Virus record (IMG/VR): IMGVR_UViG_3300008108_000036
Source: a virus
Length of the DNA stretch: 64,000 nt
Reading direction: 5' to 3' (one strand)
In this document: in pieces, positions 58,301 through 64,000 of the stretch
Position numbering within the stretch: position 1 is the stretch's first letter
Layout of the letters: every line of letters starts with the position of its first letter
The notes under the pieces: generated by a model
The model's database searches: none
Told to the model about the DNA's origin: nothing
What the model saw: the letters and a program-made list of their open reading frames with translations, nothing else
Made by a program: the position numbers and the translations under genes

Positions 58301-58438
58301 TTAGTTAGAACGGACTGGTTTACAAACGGTTTTGCAATCAGCAGGTTTACAAGAATTTTTTACGCAAGCTTTGGGAGATGTACAAGAAGAAAGAGCAATT
58401 ACAGTTGCTAGCGACAAAATAGCCATGAGTGTTTTCAT
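58301..58438 (-). CDS. small Cys-rich lipoprotein
   Basis: MKTLMAILSLATVIALSS-C lipobox. Confidence 0.65.
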   Translation of the reverse strand: MKTLMAILSLATVIALSSCTSPKACVKNSCKPADCKTVCKPVRSN

Positions 58439-58484
58439 GTTTAGTACATTAAAAGATTTTTTTAAAAAGACAACTTCAAAATGA

Positions 58485-59255
58485 TTAGAAAAATTTTGGG
58501 CAACCAGGTTCATTCAATAAGGATGAATGATTTGAGATTAAATAGTCTTTCATTTGGTCGTAGTTTAAAAAACAACTGTCGATTGGTTCGATAAATTGCT
58601 TTGCATACTGTGTGGTTAATTTATGCTCAGAAAAATCATTAATTTCTAATCTATCAAAAATGTTTTTTATCGAATTTCTACTAATAACATCTTCGTATGT
58701 TATGTTTAAATATTTATCAGGAAATTCTTTTGCTTTTCGCAAATAATACCGAGCTCCACAGATATGATCTCTCAAAAAAAGTTCAAACTCGTCAGGATCA
58801 AATACTAGTTTTCTTGCGGTCGGTTCAGTCTTAATTTGAAACCATTTTCCTGTAGCTTTAGCTCTCAACGTCGAGATGTACCTCGCAATGGGATTCCTTA
58901 ATAATATAATTTTTTGATACTTAGGTGAATCAGCTATATACTTTAATAATGTTTGATTTTGATCCCAGAATATTTTAAATCCGATAGCTTTAAATTTAGA
59001 ATTACTACTCAGCTTTACTATTTCGTTCCAATAAGCTAAAGGTTCAGCTTTGTTTCGTTCTTTCCAATTTTGATGTGTACTTCCATGCTGAATTATCCAT
59101 TCCTGATCCGAATATTCTGTATCCGGTTTGTATAATTCATAATAACATTTAATCGAAGGAATACGATCTAATATATCTACCAATAAGGATGAACCTGTTC
59201 TATGCAGAGAAAATATTGCAAATTGTTTTATATCATCTTGATGACTTGTTCCCAT
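58485..59255 (-). CDS. sulfotransferase (Stf0-like), tandem copy 1
   Basis: HRTGSS, GFKIF, LRNPIARYIS, YEDV. Confidence 0.8.
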   Translation of the reverse strand: MGTSHQDDIKQFAIFSLHRTGSSLLVDILDRIPSIKCYYELYKPDTEYSDQEWIIQHGSTHQNWKERNKAEPLAYWNEIVKLSSNSKFKAIGFKIFWDQNQTLLKYIADSPKYQKIILLRNPIARYISTLRAKATGKWFQIKTEPTARKLVFDPDEFELFLRDHICGARYYLRKAKEFPDKYLNITYEDVISRNSIKNIFDRLEINDFSEHKLTTQYAKQFIEPIDSCFLNYDQMKDYLISNHSSLLNEPGCPKFF

Positions 59256-59301
59256 TGTACGAATAATTAAATTAAGCTATTTGAAAGACAACACAAAAAA
59301 G

Positions 59302-60096
59302 CTAGGGAAGTTCTGGGCAACCGGGGTTATTCAATAGAGTCGGATGGTTTGAGATTAAATAGTCTTTCATTTGTTCGTAGTTTACAAAACAACTATCAAT
59401 TGGCTCAGTCGATTGCTTTGCTAAATCTGTAAACATTCTACACTTGGGAGGACAATTGATGGTTAACTTATCGAGAATGAGTTTTATTGATTTTCTACTT
59501 ACAACGTCCTCATACGTTGTAATCAAATATTTATGTGGTTGTTGTTTAGCTAAATGCAAATACCAATTAAAGGATTCATTGTGTTTTTTCAAAAAAAGTT
59601 CAAACTCATCAGGATTAAATATTAGTTTCTTTGTTAATGTTGTATGTTCGTCATCTATTACTTGCAACCATAAACCCGTAGTGATTGCTCTAGTAAATGA
59701 AATAAACCTTGCAATAGGATTTCTTAATAATATAATTTTTTCGTAGTTAGAAGATTTCGCTATAAACTCTAAAAATTTGTCGTGGTGCCCTGCAAATATT
59801 TTAAATCCTACAGCTTTAGTAGATTTATCACTCAATCTTACTATTGTATTCCAAAAAGCTAATGGGTTAGATTTTTTTTGTTCTTCTAATCTACTGTATT
59901 GCTCTATTCCTAGTTTAGATATAATAAGTTTTGTGTGAAGATAGTTGGGATTCAACTCATCCTGGCTGCAATATACTTCGTCGTAACATTGAACGTGATC
60001 AATGTTATCCAATAAACACGTCAAAAGATTCGTGCCTGACCTATGCAAAGAGAATATTGCAAATTGTTTTATATTATCTTGCTGTTTTGTTCCCAT
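59302..60096 (-). CDS. sulfotransferase (Stf0-like), tandem copy 2
   Basis: HRSGTN, GFKIF, LRNPIARFIS, YEDV. Confidence 0.8.
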   Translation of the reverse strand: MGTKQQDNIKQFAIFSLHRSGTNLLTCLLDNIDHVQCYDEVYCSQDELNPNYLHTKLIISKLGIEQYSRLEEQKKSNPLAFWNTIVRLSDKSTKAVGFKIFAGHHDKFLEFIAKSSNYEKIILLRNPIARFISFTRAITTGLWLQVIDDEHTTLTKKLIFNPDEFELFLKKHNESFNWYLHLAKQQPHKYLITTYEDVVSRKSIKLILDKLTINCPPKCRMFTDLAKQSTEPIDSCFVNYEQMKDYLISNHPTLLNNPGCPELP

Positions 60097-60139
60097 TGTA
60101 CGAATAATTAAATTAAGCTATTTGAAAGACAACAAAAAA

Positions 60140-60212
60140 CTACGGAGATAGGACTCGAACCTATAACCCTCAGATCCAAATTCTGATGCACTACCAATTG
60201 TGCTACTCCGTA
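60140..60212 (-). tRNA. tRNA-Gln(UUG)
   Basis: TCAGA-ATTTGGA-TCTGA; U1-A72, G73. Confidence 0.85.
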
Positions 60213-60218
60213 TTAAAA

Positions 60219-60293
60219 TGGCACTCCCAAGGGGACTTGAACCCCTGCTACCTCCGTGAAAGGGAGATGTGCTAACCGCTACACTATGGGAGC
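60219..60293 (-). tRNA. tRNA-Glu(UUC)
   Basis: CTTTCAC loop; CCA. Confidence 0.9.
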
Positions 60294-60299
60294 AAAAAA

Positions 60300-60384
60300 C
60301 GGAAGAGGAGAGATTCGAACTCTCGGAGACTTGCGCCTCGGCGGTTTAGTAAACCGCTGCAATAGACCACTCTGCCACCCTTCC
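60300..60384 (-). tRNA. tRNA-Ser(ACU)
   Basis: GCGGT-TTACTAA-ACCGC; long variable arm; G73. Confidence 0.85.
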
Positions 60385-60402
60385 TTTTATTTAATTAAAA
60401 TA

Positions 60403-60485
60403 TGCTCATGGAGGGACTCGAACCCACATTCCTTACGGAACCAGATCCTAAGTCTGGCGCGTGCTGCCAATTTCGCCACATGAGC
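60403..60485 (-). tRNA. tRNA-Leu(UAG)
   Basis: CCAGA-CTTAGGA-TCTGG; long variable arm. Confidence 0.9.
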
Positions 60486-60492
60486 TTTAAAA

Positions 60493-60568
60493 TGGTGCTC
60501 GGGGTGGGACTCAAACCCACGATAGCCTGCGTGTAAAGCAGGTACTTTAGTCGCTAAGTTACCCGAGC
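60493..60568 (-). tRNA. tRNA-Val(UAC)
   Basis: CCTGC-TTTACAC-GCAGG; CCA; T-loop TTTGAGT and D-loop without GG. Confidence 0.8.
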
Positions 60569-60626
60569 TTTGAAAAATAGACCATTTGTTTTGAAATATT
60601 TGGTCTTATTCTCATAAATAATATAC

Positions 60627-61193
60627 ATGCCTAATCTAATTGAATCAGTTTGTCAAAATTGTACTAGTATTTTTTTTCAAAACAAATGCAAAGAAGAGCG
60701 TTTAAAAAAATTCTGTAATCGATCTTGTGCAGCTTCATATAATAACAAGCAAAGAGAGTATAAAAATACAACCTCATTTAAAAGCAACTGTAAAAATTGT
60801 AAAGTCGAGTTTGTGTATTCTTGTCATGCGTCTACTGGAACATATTGCAGTAATAAATGTCAAAGAGATTTTCAATTTCTTAATGAAACTCTTTTAAGAG
60901 CTGAGCAAGGACTAATAAACCAATCCTCGACATTAAAACGTGTAATAGAATTTAAAACAAAGCACAAATGCTTTTGCTGTGGCATTACAGAATGGAACGG
61001 AAAACGTTTAAGTTTGCATTTGGATCACATAGACGGTAATTCTGATAACAATTTTTTAGAGAATTTAAGATTGTTATGTCCAAATTGTCACTCACAAACT
61101 GAAACATTTTGTGGACGGAACATTAAAAACACCAAACGTTCATCTTATAATAAAAGATATAGAATTAAAAAATTAGCTCTACCGCTGAGCTAA
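60627..61193 (+). CDS. HNH homing endonuclease
   Basis: FCNRSCA and YCSNKCQ repeats; LHLDHIDGN..NLRLLCPNCH. Confidence 0.9.
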   Translation: MPNLIESVCQNCTSIFFQNKCKEERLKKFCNRSCAASYNNKQREYKNTTSFKSNCKNCKVEFVYSCHASTGTYCSNKCQRDFQFLNETLLRAEQGLINQSSTLKRVIEFKTKHKCFCCGITEWNGKRLSLHLDHIDGNSDNNFLENLRLLCPNCHSQTETFCGRNIKNTKRSSYNKRYRIKKLALPLS

Positions 61194-61199
61194 CTCCGC
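61176..61199 (-). pseudogene. 5' remnant of a tRNA (acceptor 5' strand plus D-arm)
   Basis: GCGGAGTTAGCTCAGCGGTAGAGC, followed by HNH sequence. Confidence 0.75.
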
Positions 61200-61211
61200 C
61201 TATTATAAATG

Positions 61212-61285
61212 TAGACCTAGTTGGACTTGAACCAACGACCTGTTCATTATCAATGAACTGCTCTAACCAACTGAGCTATAGGTCT
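61212..61285 (-). tRNA. tRNA-Ile(GAU)
   Basis: GTTCA-TTGATAA-TGAAC. Confidence 0.9.
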
Positions 61286-61290
61286 GAAAA

Positions 61291-61364
61291 TGGTGCGGGA
61301 TGGGAGAATCGAACTCCCAACCGAAGTTTGGAAAACTCCTGTTTTACCATTAAACTAATCCCGC
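61291..61364 (-). tRNA. tRNA-Gly(UCC)
   Basis: TTTCCAA loop; CCA. Confidence 0.9.
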
Positions 61365-61367
61365 ATA

Positions 61368-61439
61368 TCGAGTACCTCGGTACTGCCCCGAGTATTTCCT
61401 GGTCCCAAACCAGGCGGATTTCTTTCTTCCTCGTACTCG
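61368..61439 (-). tRNA. atypical tRNA-Pro(UGG)
   Basis: Perfect stems; CCTGG-TTTGGGA-CCAGG; T-loop GGCAGTA; purine-only D-loop. Confidence 0.7.
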
Positions 61440-61448
61440 AAGTTGGTT

Positions 61449-61456
61449 TATTTATA
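61449..61456 (-). promoter_or_regulatory. T4-type late promoter TATAAATA
   Basis: Exact consensus 9 nt upstream of the atypical tRNA-Pro. Confidence 0.55.
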
Positions 61457-61489
61457 CAATTTGTACATCGAGTTCAAATCTTCCTGAAG

Positions 61490-61574
61490 TGGTGGGTAGT
61501 GCAGGACTCGAACCTGCGAAGCCCGAAGGCAGGAGATTTACAGTCTCCGGTAATTGCCGCTATACGAACTACCC
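61490..61574 (-). tRNA. tRNA-Tyr(GUA)
   Basis: GGAGA-CTGTAAA-TCTCC; long variable arm; CCA. Confidence 0.9.
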
Positions 61575-61598
61575 GCAAAATATTGTTTTGTTTAAAAA

Positions 61599-61693
61599 TG
61601 GTGCAAGGTGTGGGAATCGAACCCACGCTCGGCCCACATCTAGGGCACACAGATTATAAGTCTGTCGGTACTATCCAGTTATACTAACCTTGC
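61599..61693 (-). tRNA. tRNA with UAU anticodon (nominal Ile) and long variable arm
   Basis: ACAGA-CTTATAA-TCTGT; variable arm GCCC-TAGATGT-GGGC; CCA. Confidence 0.85.
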
Positions 61694-61701
61694 AAAAAAA
61701 A

Positions 61702-61774
<73 letters not shown>

Positions 61775-61783
61775 ATTATAAAA

Positions 61784-61860
61784 TGGCGTTCCCAGCTGGA
61801 ATCGAACCAGCAACCTACGCTTTAGAAGAGCGTTGCTCTATCCAGTTGAGCTATGGAAAC
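61784..61860 (-). tRNA. tRNA-Arg(UCU)
   Basis: ACGCT-CTTCTAA-AGCGT; CCA. Confidence 0.9.
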
Positions 61861-61868
61861 GTAGAAAG

Positions 61869-61954
61869 TGGTACTCGGAGAGGGACTCGAACCCTCACGG
61901 TCGTTAGACCAACGGATTTTAAGTCCGTTGCGGCTGCCATTACGCCATCCGAGC
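61869..61954 (-). tRNA. tRNA-Leu(UAA)
   Basis: ACGGA-CTTAAAA-TCCGT; long variable arm; CCA. Confidence 0.9.
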
Positions 61955-61970
61955 AAAAACAATGTTAAAG

Positions 61971-62045
61971 TGGCTGGCAAGGTAGGATTCGAACCTACGA
62001 CCAATCGGTTAACAGCCGACCGCTCTACCACTGAGCTACTCGCCA
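61971..62045 (-). tRNA. tRNA-Asn(GUU)
   Basis: CTGTTAA loop; CCA. Confidence 0.9.
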
Positions 62046-62217
62046 AATTTTTGTTGTACTTTTCAAAGATCATTGTTTGCTAGTTTTGAATTAGCTTTAT
62101 TGTTTGACTACTGTCCGTTATTTACTCTATAAAGGCAACAAAAAATCAAAAAATAAATTAAATTACGGTAAAATAATAAACAGTCGGCTTTTATAGATAA
62201 TGGAGTATAGTTAACAC

Positions 62218-62769
62218 ATGAATATATTTTTAGACATGGATGGTGTCCTTGTTGATTTGTATGGAAAAATTGCGTTAGAAATGTTTAATAAGACTTACTT
62301 GGAACTCACACAAGATGAAATATTAAACGCAAAAGCAATTTGGAAGGACAAAAAGCGTGCTTCAGCTTTTTTTAATAATTTCGGAGGAGTAGAATCATTT
62401 TTTGCTGATTTGCTCGAATTTGAAGACAAAACTCAACAAATCGTAGAAATCGTGTCGGGGTTCGATCCTTTTTATAAAATATGCTCTAAGCCTGCTCAAA
62501 TTGATATAGAAGCATCAAAAAAAGGAAAAATTCGCTGGATTAAAAAATATTTAGTTAAAAATCCTCCAAGCGAAATAATACTGACTCAAAATAAAGCTAA
62601 GTGGGCTATTAGTGAAAGTGGACAGCCTAATATATTAATTGATGATTATGATCCGTATCTTAAAGCTTGGACAGAAAGCGGAGGAATATCAATTAAGTTG
62701 GATTCTATAAATCGTACAACAAATGACATTAAAATAATTTTAACTAATCAGTTATCAAAAATTTTATAA
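62218..62769 (+). CDS. 5'(3')-deoxyribonucleotidase (HAD, NT5C-like)
   Basis: FLDMDGVLVD, GKIRWI, ILIDD..W..GG. Confidence 0.85.
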   Translation: MNIFLDMDGVLVDLYGKIALEMFNKTYLELTQDEILNAKAIWKDKKRASAFFNNFGGVESFFADLLEFEDKTQQIVEIVSGFDPFYKICSKPAQIDIEASKKGKIRWIKKYLVKNPPSEIILTQNKAKWAISESGQPNILIDDYDPYLKAWTESGGISIKLDSINRTTNDIKIILTNQLSKIL

Positions 62770-62779
62770 GGTAGGACTT

Positions 62780-63052
62780 CTAACAATTCCAACCGTATAT
62801 CCATTTTCCTTCAGAATCCTTTTCAATTTCAGTCCACTGGTGCACATTTGTTGTGTTTCCTCTATAAAGTACCATCCACAAAGAAACATTTGTTGTTGTA
62901 GTTATTATCCATTTACATTTAGCCAATGTAAGAACCATGCTTAAAAAATGAACAGCTAGTGCTGATTTTTCAATTAAATGGTCAAATTCGTAATTTCCGT
63001 TATGTACTCCTTTCCACGAGGTTTTATTTAAACACGGCAAATTGCTGTTCAT
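62780..63052 (-). CDS. hypothetical protein (resembles a C-terminal fragment of a GT-B transferase)
   Basis: LAKCKWIITTTTNVSLW..YRG. Confidence 0.4.
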   Translation of the reverse strand: MNSNLPCLNKTSWKGVHNGNYEFDHLIEKSALAVHFLSMVLTLAKCKWIITTTTNVSLWMVLYRGNTTNVHQWTEIEKDSEGKWIYGWNC

Positions 63053-63053
63053 T

Positions 63054-63821
63054 TTAGCTGTATGTTTGAGCTATTCTTTTGCAATTAGTCATTTCGTCGT
63101 TATAATTTAAGTTAAAAAAAATAGTTTCATTTGCTTGTGGAGAGTTTCGTACTACTGTGAAACAATCGTGTAACGACTTGCTGTCGTTTGTTGTATCATA
63201 AGAGAACATCTCTTGACTAATTATTGATAAATTGTTGGCTTTAGTTAAGTTATTAACTAACTCAAACCCTACATCTGGAGATCTCCAGTGTTTGTTATTC
63301 GATGTATTGCAATTTTGCAAATTGCTGTGATGTAAAAACATGGTTCCTCCGGGCTTTAGAGTTCGTTTTGCTTCTTTAATATAGCTTTCTATTACATCCA
63401 ATTGAGAGTGAACTAGCGAATCATAGCTAAATATAAAATCTACCGAATTGTCTTCGGTATGAGTTAATGTTTTTCCGTCATTTAAATAAAAGAAAGCTTT
63501 TTTATTTAAGATGTCGAAATAGAATTGCTGCTCACAATTCTTAATTCCTGTATCGTTAATGTCATAGCCAACGAACTTGTTGCACGTGTTGTTTAAAAAC
63601 CGAGACCACCTACCCCAACCACAAGCTATTTCTACAATGCAGTGTGAATTAATATATTTTCTAATTCTGGGAAATATTGTAGTCCACCATTGAGAGTCGC
63701 TTCCGCCAAAAGCATTGCTCCATCCTTCTCCTCTAAAGGTGTCGCTTCCTGGAGTTGACCACGCTTTTTTATTATTTGCGAGTGTTGTTTCTCCAAGAGG
63801 ATGATTTTGACTTGTGCTCAT
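63054..63821 (-). CDS. class I SAM-dependent methyltransferase
   Basis: VEIACGWGRW, DFIFSYDSLVH, LKPGG. Confidence 0.85.
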   Translation of the reverse strand: MSTSQNHPLGETTLANNKKAWSTPGSDTFRGEGWSNAFGGSDSQWWTTIFPRIRKYINSHCIVEIACGWGRWSRFLNNTCNKFVGYDINDTGIKNCEQQFYFDILNKKAFFYLNDGKTLTHTEDNSVDFIFSYDSLVHSQLDVIESYIKEAKRTLKPGGTMFLHHSNLQNCNTSNNKHWRSPDVGFELVNNLTKANNLSIISQEMFSYDTTNDSKSLHDCFTVVRNSPQANETIFFNLNYNDEMTNCKRIAQTYS

Positions 63822-63866
63822 TAATTAATTTAGTTAATAAAAAACAAAAGACAACTTTAATTAAAG

Positions 63867-63939
63867 TGGAGGCAAGGGGATTCGAACCCCTGACATCCAG
63901 CTTGCAAAGCTGGCGCTCTACCAACTGAGCTATACCCCC
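63867..63939 (-). tRNA. tRNA-Ala(UGC)
   Basis: G3:U70 pair; TTTGCAA loop. Confidence 0.9.
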
Positions 63940-64000
63940 TCAATCTAGTTTTAATTATTAAATGGAATAAATAGTTAAACATGTTTAGTCCTTTTAATTT

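Noticed and set aside
7262-59255. Other Phe-ending C-termini (IRDFF, EGFFD, GKFKKLF, CPKFF) as members of the LPELxGxF family
   Set aside because: They lack the LPEL core, and Phe-rich ends are common in AT-rich DNA.
1820-59746. Short ORFs nested in or antisense to longer genes (e.g. 1820-2032, 4625-4810, 18138-18353, 34555-34827, 54710-54985, 59444-59746)
   Set aside because: They overlap well-supported genes and have no motifs.
60569-61199. HNH inside a self-splicing tRNA intron
   Set aside because: No 3' tRNA half on the other side, no room for a ribozyme core, and the ORF is antisense.

Overview
AT-rich segment (GC by eye well under 35%) of what reads as a large T4-like or jumbo bacteriophage genome. 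Support: dense small hypothetical ORFs, ThyX, two RNA ligases, HNH genes, YopX genes, TAAATA/TATAAATA late-promoter-like motifs, sigma70-type promoters and 17 tRNA genes. ClpC, a sulfatase with its maturase, and a pseudopilin-like gene hint at a PVC (Verrucomicrobia-like) host; this is inference. Main contents: (1) eight largely dissimilar proteins that all end in the same C-terminal peptide, K-L-P-E-L-[EKD]-G-[IV]-F, several also carrying an N-terminal 'DQKxLExLYE' leader reminiscent of a capsid-targeting propeptide; (2) a very large glycan-modification set (GT2/8/25/61/77-like, STELLO-like, about 8 sulfotransferase-like genes, NDP-sugar C-methyltransferase, rmlA, rmlC, arylsulfatase, anaerobic sulfatase maturase) with clpC embedded in it; (3) a tRNA array with several non-canonical members (Ile-UAU with a long variable arm, Ser-ACU, Pro and Met with aberrant loops) and an HNH gene that has overwritten a tRNA; (4) recombination scars, including a 30-bp promoter direct repeat, a 13-bp frameshifting duplication and a mosaic of pseudogene fragments. 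No capsid, portal, terminase or polymerase gene was recognised in the window. All family assignments come from motif reading, not database searches.
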